A stretch of 64,000 nucleotides of DNA from Felixounavirus NRG857CP1. The stretch lies in sequence record OZ035796.1, one strand, 5' to 3'. Position numbers and translations under genes: made by a program. How positions within the stretch are numbered: position 1 is the stretch's first letter; every line of letters begins with the position of its first letter. Shown here piece by piece: positions 10,208 to 20,300 of the stretch. The notes beneath the pieces were generated by a model that made no database searches, was not told the origin of the DNA, and saw nothing but the letters and a program-made list of their open reading frames with translations.

Positions 10208-12907
10208 TCAATGCACTTCCAACCAGCTCTTACCAACCTTACCTGTGCCAGTTACAAGCGTCTCACTCTTCAAACCTAAATTCTTAGATGCCTGACCATA
10301 CATCCAGTCAGTTATGGCTTTAACTTCTTGAGTCATACTTTCTGGGCACTCCCAACTGTTTTCATCGTGGTATGCCAGCAAAAGCCTAGCACCAATTGCT
10401 GGTTTTCGTCCATTTAATTTTGTCAACCCTTCTTCACATGCTCTTCTACAAGCAAGGTTAATCGCCTCATTTTGAATCTGAGCCTCTGAACCCATGAGCA
10501 AATAATTCAATAACTTATGTGGAGATTTACACCACAACCAAGCTCCAGCAACCTTTACAAAACCCCCTTTAGAGATTGCAGCAGTCTTACCAAACACCTC
10601 TTCAAGTGCCTTTTTAGTTGCTTTGTAGTCAGCTTCCAAGTCATCTAGCAGCTTCTTAATTTTAGGCAAACGAATAAAGTAAGTCTGTTTAGTCAGTGCT
10701 CCTTCCTGAGTAGTTGCAGCTTTAATCGTCTTAGCAAACTTCTCATCACCTGCACCGAACAGCAGTGCATAGATACCATTCTTAGCTTTCTTACGACCTT
10801 TGCTAATCTCATGAAGAAGATTCTCATCCTGAGTAGCTCGACAAGTCAAGATATCCTGCTCATCATTCAAGCTAAAGTAAATACTGTTCAGTGTATGTGC
10901 ATCAGTCCCTGAATAGACAACGTACAGGTCATTCTCAGAGTCATAGCGAAGGTACTTATCAATTTCTGGGTTGAGATACTCATCAAAATGTTTGCAGTAA
11001 TAGCGTCCATCTTCTTGACGAATGAACTCAATCTCTTCTTTACCTTGCGTTACCGCTTTGGTGAAGTCTTTGTCACCCATAAAGTTACAAAGAAGAACTA
11101 GCTGGGCTGAGTTCATGTCTACAGAGACAACGTTAGTCCCTTCCTCACAAATCCACACTGCCCTCATTGGTTCCCCATAGACAGCAGCACCAGACGGTAC
11201 GTTTACAATACCATATTGTGTCATACGTCCAGTTGAAGTACCAAACACCATTGCACCAGCACTAAGGCGACCATCAGGACGAATCTGGTTCAACCAACCT
11301 TTTTCATCATCCTTTGAGTTCTCAATAGTTCTGCGTCTGTGCATCAAAGTGTAGTATTTCGCAATCTTCTGTCCAAGCTCACCTTCAATCGTATCATAAG
11401 ATGATTCAGTAAGTTTTGGTGAAGTACGGATTAAGCAAGGCTCAAGCAAATCTGTGTACTTCTTCACAGACCAGTTATGCTCAATATACTGTACACCTTC
11501 GTGCTCAACATAGCTCAAACCACACCGCTCAACCATTTCCTGCCACTTAGGATGTTTTGTAATCATCTTTTTATTGTCTTTGAAACGACAAACTTTGACA
11601 GGGCGACCATCTGAGTCTTTCTTGTAGTTCCAGTCATCTGGAATCCAACCAACTGATTTCAAGTAGTCTTTAACAACTGCTACCTGAGTCATACGAGAAA
11701 CTTCAAACTCAATTGGTGTATACGGTGCATCAATCAAACCTGTGTAGCGACTTGACTCAAGTTCAAAGTGGTTAACAACGTGACTGTTATAGTACTTCAC
11801 AGTTTTGACTGTTTTTACTGGCTTCCAGTCTTTGCATTTCTTACCAATCTTTGCATTCAACTCATTGCAAATTTCACGAGCATCCTTCATTGCTACAAAA
11901 CCCTCCTTGTACTCTTCACCAGTTACAGAGTTGGTTGGTGTATAGCAATTCCTTTTTTCAATGTTAAAAATCTTTGTAGTTGGCTTACCAAATGGTTTGA
12001 TTTCATAAGTCTGCATCTCACCATTACGTACCTGCTGACGATACTTTGTCTTAGGGTACTTGGTAATTCTTTTCAGTCCATCTGCATGACCAAATGCTTC
12101 AACATACTCATTCCAAGCTTTTGCAAACTCTTCTCCAGTGACTTTACCTTTGGTCTTAATAGTTGGAGGTAGATGTGGTTCAACCTCTGAAGCAAGCTCA
12201 TTAGTCAACTTGTCAAGTTCCTTTACATGGAACTCCATAAGCTCCTTATCAGCTTTCCAACCATTGATAGCTTGTTGACTCATCCAGAAAGATGTTTCTT
12301 TAGCTCGCATGTAAGTTTCATAAGTGTCTATACCACACTTCTTAAGCTTGAGATACTCGTTATCAAGTGCCCGTTTAGTTTTGGCGTTAATACGGATATC
12401 TTCTACAACACGAGTGAAGATTTCTGCATTCCACACACCCCAATGTTCAATCTCTGGTTTACGAACACCAACACGAGCACCCCATGCAGCCAAACCATGA
12501 GCACCTTTATAGCCCTTTGGAGTTGGTCTATCCATCCACTGAACACGAGACTGGATAAGAGAATCCTGAAAGAAATTACTCCACGGTTTACACTTTGGAT
12601 TATCAAAGTTCCATAAATCAGGTGCAATGTGATTGAAAACCCACCAGTCATAACCGAGACCATTGTGGATGCAAAGACGTTTTGCCTTTAACGCAAACTC
12701 AATACCTTCACGTAAGCCACCCTTGATGTACTTAGTGTACTTGTGACCGAGGATAGGCTCATCTGTAAAGACCCATACAGGTGGCTCTTCATCGTCAGAT
12801 TTATAGTCTGCGAAAGCCATTACGTGCACTTTAGTGAACTCAAGGAGTAAACCATCAGTTTCTGTATCACCAACTAAATGTAAGTTTTTAAAATCTACGT
12901 TTTCCAT
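10208..12907 (-). CDS. DNA polymerase, family A, with 3'-5' exonuclease domain
   Basis: 899 aa; Exo I motif DTETDGL near N-terminus; C-terminal YHDE motif C-like; start set at the ATG at 12905-12907 preceded by AGAGGGAG. Confidence 0.85.
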   Translation of the reverse strand: MENVDFKNLHLVGDTETDGLLLEFTKVHVMAFADYKSDDEEPPVWVFTDEPILGHKYTKYIKGGLREGIEFALKAKRLCIHNGLGYDWWVFNHIAPDLWNFDNPKCKPWSNFFQDSLIQSRVQWMDRPTPKGYKGAHGLAAWGARVGVRKPEIEHWGVWNAEIFTRVVEDIRINAKTKRALDNEYLKLKKCGIDTYETYMRAKETSFWMSQQAINGWKADKELMEFHVKELDKLTNELASEVEPHLPPTIKTKGKVTGEEFAKAWNEYVEAFGHADGLKRITKYPKTKYRQQVRNGEMQTYEIKPFGKPTTKIFNIEKRNCYTPTNSVTGEEYKEGFVAMKDAREICNELNAKIGKKCKDWKPVKTVKTVKYYNSHVVNHFELESSRYTGLIDAPYTPIEFEVSRMTQVAVVKDYLKSVGWIPDDWNYKKDSDGRPVKVCRFKDNKKMITKHPKWQEMVERCGLSYVEHEGVQYIEHNWSVKKYTDLLEPCLIRTSPKLTESSYDTIEGELGQKIAKYYTLMHRRRTIENSKDDEKGWLNQIRPDGRLSAGAMVFGTSTGRMTQYGIVNVPSGAAVYGEPMRAVWICEEGTNVVSVDMNSAQLVLLCNFMGDKDFTKAVTQGKEEIEFIRQEDGRYYCKHFDEYLNPEIDKYLRYDSENDLYVVYSGTDAHTLNSIYFSLNDEQDILTCRATQDENLLHEISKGRKKAKNGIYALLFGAGDEKFAKTIKAATTQEGALTKQTYFIRLPKIKKLLDDLEADYKATKKALEEVFGKTAAISKGGFVKVAGAWLWCKSPHKLLNYLLMGSEAQIQNEAINLACRRACEEGLTKLNGRKPAIGARLLLAYHDENSWECPESMTQEVKAITDWMYGQASKNLGLKSETLVTGTGKVGKSWLEVH

Positions 12908-12967
12908 TTTTACTCCCTCTAAAATCATTAACCTCATACATTACTGCAAAAAATTATAAAAAGCAAG

Positions 12968-12996
12968 TTGACAATGCACTTGACAAGGTGTTAATC
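12968..12996 (+). promoter_or_regulatory. sigma70-like promoter candidate with tandem TTGACA and conserved TTGACAAGGTG box
   Basis: TTGACA(12968)-N6-TTGACAAGGTG; possible -10 TTAATC after a 17-nt spacer; divergent intergenic region. Confidence 0.4.
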
Positions 12997-13104
12997 TTTG
13001 CGAAGTGGGTTTTTACTTAAAAGGTTACTTAACAGTTTAACTATACAGATACTTTAAAACTCTTAAAAGATTATTTAATAGCTTTTAAAAAGCTTTAAAG
13101 TATA

Positions 13105-13121
13105 ACGTATAGAATACGTTA
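13105..13121. promoter_or_regulatory. perfect palindrome, operator candidate
   Basis: AACGTAT-AGA-ATACGTT in the divergent intergenic region. Confidence 0.35.
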
Positions 13122-13164
13122 AGATAAAAGATTAAAACTTAATAGTTACTTAAAAGAGGCTTAC

Positions 13165-13587
13165 ATGCAGAAAATGTTTGTTCACCCAGACATAGCTGAC
13201 TTTGTGAGAGCTTTGCAGAAGTTGGAAGAACTTGACATTGCTGCTCAACGGGAATATGCTCACCATCACAGGAGAATGGTTGATATACAACATGAAATAG
13301 AGTTGTCTGAAAACTATGAAGATGACTTAAAATGCTCTGTATTTGAGCATATGAAAGATGTTGCTACAGCGAGGCGTAAAGCTAAAGACACAGTTGCTTT
13401 ACTAGATTCTCTTAAAAAGAGGTTGCAAAGTGGCACAGACCTGTGTAATCTAGCGTCACTGATTAACGATGTTGAAACTTCTTGGGATAGGCACTATTAT
13501 CCACGTTCTGAAAAGACACTTGACTTTTCTTCATCCGAAAACTTAAAATGTTCTAGAAAGAAACTTAACCAACTGAGAGAGAAATAA
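13165..13587 (+). CDS. hypothetical protein
   Basis: 140-aa ORF, first gene of the plus-strand block. Confidence 0.5.
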   Translation: MQKMFVHPDIADFVRALQKLEELDIAAQREYAHHHRRMVDIQHEIELSENYEDDLKCSVFEHMKDVATARRKAKDTVALLDSLKKRLQSGTDLCNLASLINDVETSWDRHYYPRSEKTLDFSSSENLKCSRKKLNQLREK

Positions 13588-13588
13588 T

Positions 13589-14389
13589 ATGAATATCGAT
13601 GTAGAAAAGATGCTTGAAGAGAAAGGTGTTGATGAAGCATTCTTAATCAATGCCGTAGAAAGCATGGCTATGATTCTTCGTGGTAATAACTACACAGAAC
13701 AGTTTATGCCTGCAAGCTATAACTTGCCTGAAGACAAGTCTGATAACAGTGCTTTTGCAGAACAGGTCAACATGATGCTTTGCGACAAAACACTTGCTTT
13801 AGCATCTATCGTTGTAGGTGTTGATGCTCTTGCAGAGTTCATTTTTTATGAGATGCAGAAAAATGACTATATTGCCATGACCACTGAAGAAAAAGACTTG
13901 CTACTACTCGCAGGTAATGATGAACTAATTGACCTGTTAATTTCATCAACTAGTGCTGTTATGGCTGCTCTTGAGAAGCGCATGGAAGAGAAACTTTCAC
14001 GATATGAAAAACTTGATTGGGGCGTAGAAGAATTAAACCCACGAATCAAAGAGATTATACAGCAAACTAAAGAGTCTTTGGAAGAAGCTGTTGAAAATGA
14101 CTCTGTAGCTGATATAGAACCACTTCAGGTGAAAGTTGCGCTGATGATTCCAGCTATCTCCACGATGATGAATATCGTTGCACTAATCCAACTTTCACAG
14201 ATGATGGGTGTGAGTATTGAGTTCATTGAAGAGATGACTGGTGGCGTCAGTATGCAAGCAATCAATGATGTTTTGGTGAACATTGGTGCTTCCATCATTG
14301 AAGAGAAACTACGCATTAACTTCGGTGATGATTTTGTGAAGCAACTCTCAGCTATGGCTGAAAAAGAGTCTGCTGAGCAACTGAACTAA
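13589..14389 (+). CDS. hypothetical acidic protein
   Basis: 266 aa, rich in E/D; tightly coupled to upstream gene. Confidence 0.5.
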   Translation: MNIDVEKMLEEKGVDEAFLINAVESMAMILRGNNYTEQFMPASYNLPEDKSDNSAFAEQVNMMLCDKTLALASIVVGVDALAEFIFYEMQKNDYIAMTTEEKDLLLLAGNDELIDLLISSTSAVMAALEKRMEEKLSRYEKLDWGVEELNPRIKEIIQQTKESLEEAVENDSVADIEPLQVKVALMIPAISTMMNIVALIQLSQMMGVSIEFIEEMTGGVSMQAINDVLVNIGASIIEEKLRINFGDDFVKQLSAMAEKESAEQLN

Positions 14390-14450
14390 GTCTTTATAAA
14401 TCTTACAAGCCTCCTTAGTTGGGGGCTTTTTAGTAATTAATGGAGATAAA

Positions 14451-15194
14451 ATGAGTAATATTATAGCATTTACTGGAAAGGCGCGTTCTGGAAAAGACAC
14501 CTCATGTTCTATTGTGAAGAACATCTTAGAGGATGAGCACGGCTACAATGTTGCAGTAATGGCCTTTGCAGACAACCTTAAACTATCTGCATCAAAGATA
14601 TTTGACTTGACTTGGAATGACCTGTACGGTGAAACTAAAGAGACTCCGCAGGTATTTGACTTATCATATCATGAACTGATGTTTAAAGTTACGGAAGCTA
14701 TGGAGTTCACCTTCAGGGATGAACGTTACCATATGGACTTCAAGCTTATGTCAGAGTTAACCGGACGATTAATCATGGAGCTTAAGAAGGTTGCTAAACC
14801 GACTCTATTGACACGTCTGGGGTTTAGTAAAAAGTATAAATTCTCATCAAGACAAATTCAACAGATTTGGGGTACTGAAGTTGTCCGTAAAGTAATGGGC
14901 GACAAGTTCTGGTCTAAAGACCTTGAAAAAAGAATGGTTAGATTCCATGAAATGTGCTCACTTAGAAATCAATATGGTTTTGTCTTAATCAGTGATTTAA
15001 GATTTGACTCTGAAGCTGAATGGCTGAGTAGATTTGCACACCAAACTATTGAAGTAAAAAGAGACAATGTGGACAAAGTTTCATCACATGTTTCAGAAAA
15101 TGGAATTTCTACAAAATATGAGCGTGACATTATTCATAATAATGGTACTCTTGCAGACCTTGAGAACAAGCTAAGAGCCATCATTAAAGTTTAA
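14451..15194 (+). CDS. deoxynucleoside monophosphate kinase-like P-loop kinase
   Basis: N-terminal IAFTGKARSGKDT P-loop resembling T4 gp1 dNMP kinase; 247 aa. Confidence 0.55.
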   Translation: MSNIIAFTGKARSGKDTSCSIVKNILEDEHGYNVAVMAFADNLKLSASKIFDLTWNDLYGETKETPQVFDLSYHELMFKVTEAMEFTFRDERYHMDFKLMSELTGRLIMELKKVAKPTLLTRLGFSKKYKFSSRQIQQIWGTEVVRKVMGDKFWSKDLEKRMVRFHEMCSLRNQYGFVLISDLRFDSEAEWLSRFAHQTIEVKRDNVDKVSSHVSENGISTKYERDIIHNNGTLADLENKLRAIIKV

Positions 15195-15202
15195 AAGAGA
15201 TA

Positions 15203-15403
15203 ATGAAGATGAGAGTAAAAGACAATTTTAAAGTTATTGACCACCGTTTAGTGGAACTCTCATCTCTTTCCAATGAGGTAATGATTGAACGTCTTAAGAG
15301 AGTTGAATCACGAAGGAAAGAGATTGCAGATGAAATTCATGAACTGGACAAGATTGAAAATGGATTGAAGGCAGAACTACAACGAAGAGGTGCTAATGTC
15401 TAA
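15203..15403 (+). CDS. small coiled-coil protein
   Basis: 66 aa, charged heptad-like. Confidence 0.45.
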   Translation: MKMRVKDNFKVIDHRLVELSSLSNEVMIERLKRVESRRKEIADEIHELDKIENGLKAELQRRGANV

Positions 15404-17381
15404 AGGTCGTAAATTGAAAGAGGCTGGTCAGTTTGTTGGTCATTGCGCATGTCCACGTTGTGGTTCATCAGATGCTGGTTCAATCTATCACCATGACGAT
15501 GATTCTTATTCAATGACTTGCTTTAGTTGTAACAAAGGTTTCCCAGAGTGGGATTTTGATAAAGGACAAATCGTGAGCACTTATTCTACTGGTTCAGACA
15601 ATAAAAACCGTACTTTCCGTGGAATGGATTTAGACGATGTGAAAGAAAACCTTGAAGCAATGGACTTAAAGGACAGGAAGATTCCTGCAAAAGTTCTTGA
15701 GCGTTTGGGTATCAAGGTTGACATTGACAGTGACGGTGAAATTGACGCACATTTCTACCCAACTTACAAACGTAATGAAGATGGTAAGCTAGAACATGTT
15801 GGCTACCGTGTTCGTCACCGTTATCCCGAAGACCATCCAAAAGAACACCTACGTGGTAAGCTAAAAGATTTCTCAGGTGGTGTTGGAGACATTAAAGGTG
15901 AACTGGCAATGTTCGGTTCATGGATTGCTCCAGAAGGTGGTAACCGTCTATTCATCTGGGAAGGTGAGATGGAATGTGCGACAGCAATCTATATGACTTC
16001 TCTTGCGATTAAGGACAAGTCTCGTCGTAAGAATTACTGTCACGTATCTGTCCCATCAGGTGCAAACATTAAGTCTATCAAAGACAACTATCAGTACATC
16101 ACATCATTTGATGAGATTTACTTGTGCTTTGATAACGATGAAGCAGGTGCTAAAGCTACCAAAGAGGCTGCTGGTATCCTACCTATTGAGAAGGTTCGTT
16201 TATTCCAGTATCCAGAGGGTGTAAAAGACCTTAACGAATGGTGGACAAAGTTCTATAAAGAGAAAGATACAGTTCTTGAAGGGTTTAAGCAGCGTATATA
16301 CAATGCACCCCGTTACTGTCCTGCTGGTATCAAGAACTTCGCAGATGGTTTTGAGGCAATGAAGAATCGTGGTCAGATTCCATTGATTCCTTTCCCAGAA
16401 TCATTCGGAGATTTGAACAGACTGACTTATGGTGGTTATGGACTAGGTGAGATTACAACTCTGGCAGCACCATCTTCAGTAGGTAAGTCAGCTTACACTC
16501 GTGAGATGATTTATTCAGCTTGGAAGGAAACCGATTACAATATTGGTGTAATTCCTGTAGAAGATACCTACGAAGAGTTGATGGAGATGCTCTGTGCAAT
16601 CCACCTGAGTAAGCAGATTTCCGAGATTCCTTATGACGAACGTGATTGGGATGAATTAAAGGAAGCACACGCAGAACTATCTAAAGGTCGTCGTATCCAT
16701 ATCGTTGACCATCAAGGGGCAATTGACCAAGATAACCTGCTGGAGTTTGTTGACTATCTTGTTAATAGTTTAGACTGTAAGATTATTATTCTTGACCCTA
16801 TTACGTTGGCTCTGTCACGTTCTGATACGGATGAAGAGGAAGTATTGTCTGAACTATTGCGTCGTTGCAAACGCTACCAGTATGCACAGGTAAACGTCTG
16901 TCACGTTCGTAAGAGTGCAGGTGGTCAGAAGGCTAACTCTGAAGGTGGGGATATCTCTGAAGAGGATATTAAAGGCTCTGGTGCGTATTTCCAGATTTCT
17001 ATGAACAACATTCTGTTAATGCGTAACAAGGTTGACCCAGACCCTGTTAAGAAAAACTTGACAAAAATCAAGCTAACTAAATGTCGCCGTCACGGTAAGT
17101 CAACGGGTATTGCTGGTCATACTTGGTACAATCCAGATACAGGACGCCTCATCAAAGCATCTGGTTGCGGAGTTGACATTGATGGTGCAGCAGAAAATAT
17201 TCGCCAACAGTTTGGTATTGGTGAAGCTGAAGACCATTACGATGACTCTTTACCACATTATGAGGATGAAGTGTTTGACCGTGAGACTGGTGAAGTTTAT
17301 ACTGAAGAGCATCGTCAAAGCTCAACGATTCCACCTGTATTAAGTGAGGATGCAGATGACTGCCCATTCGAAACTGAGTGA
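15396..17381 (+). CDS. bifunctional DNA primase-helicase (T7 gp4-like)
   Basis: N-terminal CxxC...CxxC zinc ribbon, central TOPRIM-like region, DnaB-family Walker A (AAPSSVGKSAYT); AAGAGGTG Shine-Dalgarno before the ATG at 15396. Confidence 0.8.
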   Translation: MSKGRKLKEAGQFVGHCACPRCGSSDAGSIYHHDDDSYSMTCFSCNKGFPEWDFDKGQIVSTYSTGSDNKNRTFRGMDLDDVKENLEAMDLKDRKIPAKVLERLGIKVDIDSDGEIDAHFYPTYKRNEDGKLEHVGYRVRHRYPEDHPKEHLRGKLKDFSGGVGDIKGELAMFGSWIAPEGGNRLFIWEGEMECATAIYMTSLAIKDKSRRKNYCHVSVPSGANIKSIKDNYQYITSFDEIYLCFDNDEAGAKATKEAAGILPIEKVRLFQYPEGVKDLNEWWTKFYKEKDTVLEGFKQRIYNAPRYCPAGIKNFADGFEAMKNRGQIPLIPFPESFGDLNRLTYGGYGLGEITTLAAPSSVGKSAYTREMIYSAWKETDYNIGVIPVEDTYEELMEMLCAIHLSKQISEIPYDERDWDELKEAHAELSKGRRIHIVDHQGAIDQDNLLEFVDYLVNSLDCKIIILDPITLALSRSDTDEEEVLSELLRRCKRYQYAQVNVCHVRKSAGGQKANSEGGDISEEDIKGSGAYFQISMNNILLMRNKVDPDPVKKNLTKIKLTKCRRHGKSTGIAGHTWYNPDTGRLIKASGCGVDIDGAAENIRQQFGIGEAEDHYDDSLPHYEDEVFDRETGEVYTEEHRQSSTIPPVLSEDADDCPFETE

Positions 17382-17637
17382 TAGTTATAAAAGAGAGGGG
17401 TTCACACCCTTCTTTGAAGAAAAAAGTTTAAATAAATTTCAGGAAGAGTGTTTGACAAAGATTGATAGGTTCTATAGAATGCTCCTTATGAAATGCGATG
17501 GGGAAGTTGAGATAAAAGAAGATTTCCACCAAAGCATGATTACAGTCATCATTGCGCTACCTCAGCATAATATTAGCTGGCTGTTTATAATTAAAGAAAA
17601 TGTGTTTGAATATCAAGTATATCGGAGAATATCATGA
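17356..17637 (+). CDS. hypothetical protein
   Basis: ORF 17344-17637; start placed at the ATG preceded by GAGGA; overlaps the helicase 3' end. Confidence 0.4.
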   Translation: MTAHSKLSDSYKREGFTPFFEEKSLNKFQEECLTKIDRFYRMLLMKCDGEVEIKEDFHQSMITVIIALPQHNISWLFIIKENVFEYQVYRRIS

Positions 17638-17783
17638 AACACTCTAAAGCATTTGAAAAAGTTTTTGGGGATTCCTTAAAAGCCACTGCTGGAAAACCAG
17701 CAAAATACTATGAAGAGAAACGTGTAAGAACTGGAAAAACTGCACGTAAAGCAGCTTCTAAAGATAAGCACAACTTCCAGTAA
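17634..17783 (+). CDS. small basic protein (49 aa)
   Basis: ATG at 17634 preceded by GGAGAA; frame runs to TAA at 17781-17783; below the ORF-track cutoff. Confidence 0.4.
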   Translation: MKHSKAFEKVFGDSLKATAGKPAKYYEEKRVRTGKTARKAASKDKHNFQ

Positions 17784-17790
17784 TTAGTAT

Positions 17791-17819
17791 TTGACAATAG
17801 AGTATCAACAAATTAGAAT
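17791..17819 (+). promoter_or_regulatory. sigma70-like promoter candidate
   Basis: TTGACA - 17 nt - TAGAAT upstream of the SSB gene. Confidence 0.5.
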
Positions 17820-17855
17820 TGGTACTCTTCATAAATTGAGATAGAGGTTTAAATA

Positions 17856-18713
17856 ATGTCTAAAGTTGTTAAAATGAAAGCTCCGGTAGAGAAGTACAAC
17901 GGTACTGAACGTCAAACTCTGCGTTACCTGCTGAAAGATGTCTGGTTTTATTACCTGAACACTTCACCACGTCCGGGAAAAGGTAAGTCTATTGATAAGA
18001 AATTCCCAGGAAAAGATTGTAACTACAGTGTGTCAATTCTGGCAGAAGATGGTAACAAGCTGTTTAAAGAGTTTACTAAGTCTAAGAAAAACCCAGAAGG
18101 TTGGGATAAAGTTACTACTGAAGCAGTTGATGCAGATGACTTCGAAGAGAAGTTTGGTTGTAAACCACCTTTTGAAGCAGACACTTACTACATCTTGAAA
18201 GTAAGTCGTGCAGCAGCTTATAAAGATGGTGCTGTATGGACAGCTAAACAGTCATTCCCTGTAATGCTGATTGAAGAAGTAAATGGTAAGCGTGTAGCTG
18301 TTAAGCAGCCGATGAAGAAAATCAAAGCTCAAGCATCTGATAAACATGAAGATGACAAGAACTATGATGTAATCCATCCAGATATTGCAGTTGGTAACGG
18401 TTCTTTTGGTAGTGTGATTCTTTCTACTCACTTCTACACTTTTGAGAACAATGTTCTGACAAAACCTATTCAGGAACAGTTTATCATTGATACTCTTGTA
18501 CCTTACACTGGTGGTAACGGTGCTAATGGCGAGCCTGAACTGGATGAAGATGAACTGGCTATGCTTGGTCTTGATGGTGTTGAAGATAACGGTGAAATCA
18601 CTGAAGAAGACGCAACAGACCATAAACCTTCGAATGCTTCTGATGATGGTGATGATGAAGATTTACCAGACCCAGATGACGAAGAAGATGAAGACTTCGA
18701 TACAGAAGACTAA
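17856..18713 (+). CDS. single-stranded DNA-binding protein
   Basis: 285 aa with a strongly acidic C-terminal tail (DDGDDEDLPDPDDEEDEDFDTED), the hallmark of phage SSBs; sits between helicase and exonuclease. Confidence 0.6.
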   Translation: MSKVVKMKAPVEKYNGTERQTLRYLLKDVWFYYLNTSPRPGKGKSIDKKFPGKDCNYSVSILAEDGNKLFKEFTKSKKNPEGWDKVTTEAVDADDFEEKFGCKPPFEADTYYILKVSRAAAYKDGAVWTAKQSFPVMLIEEVNGKRVAVKQPMKKIKAQASDKHEDDKNYDVIHPDIAVGNGSFGSVILSTHFYTFENNVLTKPIQEQFIIDTLVPYTGGNGANGEPELDEDELAMLGLDGVEDNGEITEEDATDHKPSNASDDGDDEDLPDPDDEEDEDFDTED

Positions 18714-18775
18714 TCTCTAAAAGTTACTTTAAAGCCCCATACTAAGTACAGGGCTTTTTCATATGGAGAGCCATA

Positions 18776-19822
18776 ATGGAGAAGTACACATTAACAAAAC
18801 TTCCCGATTCAGTTACACATGTTTTTATTGACTCTGACAGTATTGCCTATAAAGGTGCTTGTGTAGTTGAGAAAGCAAAATATAAATATGTCAATAAACT
18901 CACAGCAGAAGAATCTGAACCATTTGATAATGCGAAAGATGCTGCAAGATGGTTAGCAGACCAGAGAATCCTTGTGGAAGAACTTGGCCTGACATTTGAT
19001 GAAGATGAATGGGAAAGACAGACTTGGAAAGAAGCTAAGAGTGAAAAAGAAGCTATCATGGCTACTCAACAGGTTCTTCAGGAATGGCTTAAGGTTGTTG
19101 GTAAAGAGAGAACTTGGGTAGGTTACTTAACAGAGAAAGGTGTGCATAAACATAAAGACATTAAAGGTCTTGAGCACCAATATCAAGGTAACCGTAAAGA
19201 TGCTGTCACACCAACACACTTAGTTGCTTGTCGTGAATATCTTCTGTCAAGACCAGAGTTCAAACTCTTAAGGGGAGGCTTCGAAGCCGATTCAATCGTA
19301 ATTGCTAAAGCTGAAAAGATGGGTAAGAAAGCTGCTCTTATGAGTATTGACAAAGACCTTCGACAAGCTGAAGGGACTTATTGTATTGATATGACTTATG
19401 AAAAATCACCACTAATTTTTATCGCTGATAATAATGTTGGTAATATCTGGGATTGCCCTATCAAATCAAAACCAAAAGCTGCAAAAACAGTTGGTGTAGG
19501 TTTTAAATTCTTGTGTTATCAGGCTGTTGCTGGAGATAATGCAGACAACTACTTCGGCCTAAAAGGTGCTGGTAAAGTAGCTGTGATGAATGCTTTAGAG
19601 GGTAAAGAGACCTACAAAGAGTGTCTTGACGCTATCTATGAACTTTATGCTAAAAAAGACTCTTATACCTATGTGTCATGGGATGGACAGACCGTTACAA
19701 AGACGCCGTTAGAGTTAATGGAACAGCATTTCTTCCTAGCTTATCAAGAGCGAAATAAATCAGATATTTTTTCATTTGAAAAGTATGGTTGGACTCCAAA
19801 TGTTGACTCAGCAGATACTTAA
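18776..19822 (+). CDS. 5'-3' exonuclease (T7 gene 6-like)
   Basis: Conserved blocks MSIDKDL and GDNADNYFGLKGAG match the T7 gp6 ISCDKDF / GDITDGYSGIAGWG blocks as recalled; GGAGAG Shine-Dalgarno. Confidence 0.7.
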   Translation: MEKYTLTKLPDSVTHVFIDSDSIAYKGACVVEKAKYKYVNKLTAEESEPFDNAKDAARWLADQRILVEELGLTFDEDEWERQTWKEAKSEKEAIMATQQVLQEWLKVVGKERTWVGYLTEKGVHKHKDIKGLEHQYQGNRKDAVTPTHLVACREYLLSRPEFKLLRGGFEADSIVIAKAEKMGKKAALMSIDKDLRQAEGTYCIDMTYEKSPLIFIADNNVGNIWDCPIKSKPKAAKTVGVGFKFLCYQAVAGDNADNYFGLKGAGKVAVMNALEGKETYKECLDAIYELYAKKDSYTYVSWDGQTVTKTPLELMEQHFFLAYQERNKSDIFSFEKYGWTPNVDSADT

Positions 19823-20300
19823 AGAATATCTACACTATGACCCCGAAACAGGGGTCTTTACGTGGATAAAGAAATCAGCTAAAAGAACAGTTATAGGTTC
19901 CATTGCAGGTACACCACATAAGCGAGGTTATATTAGGATAAAAATTAAAAGAAAACCCTATATGGCTCATGATTTAGCAATCCTGTACACAGACGGTTTC
20001 CTACCTAACAGAGTAGACCATCGAAATGGTATTACTAATGATAATCGGAGATTAAATCTAAGGGTTTGCACACAAGCTGAAAACTCTTGGAATAGAAGAA
20101 CACACTCCAACAACACATCTGGAGTTAAGGGTGTATCTTTCTATAAGGCTAACCAAAAATGGAAGGCCAGAGTTATGACACACGGAGTATCTCACTTTCT
20201 GGGGTATTTTGACAGTATTGAAGATGCCAAAGATGCAGTCACAAAGAAAAGAGAAGAACTACATAAAGAGTTTTCAAATCACGGAGAAGCTTATGAATGA
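19785..20300 (+). CDS. HNH homing endonuclease with AP2-like domain
   Basis: Paralog of the 9685-10197 protein (LKEYLHYDPETGVFTW, VDHRNGITNDNR-LNLRVCTQAEN, AP2-like C-terminus); start ATG uncertain (19785 or 19800). Confidence 0.7.
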   Translation: MVGLQMLTQQILKEYLHYDPETGVFTWIKKSAKRTVIGSIAGTPHKRGYIRIKIKRKPYMAHDLAILYTDGFLPNRVDHRNGITNDNRRLNLRVCTQAENSWNRRTHSNNTSGVKGVSFYKANQKWKARVMTHGVSHFLGYFDSIEDAKDAVTKKREELHKEFSNHGEAYE

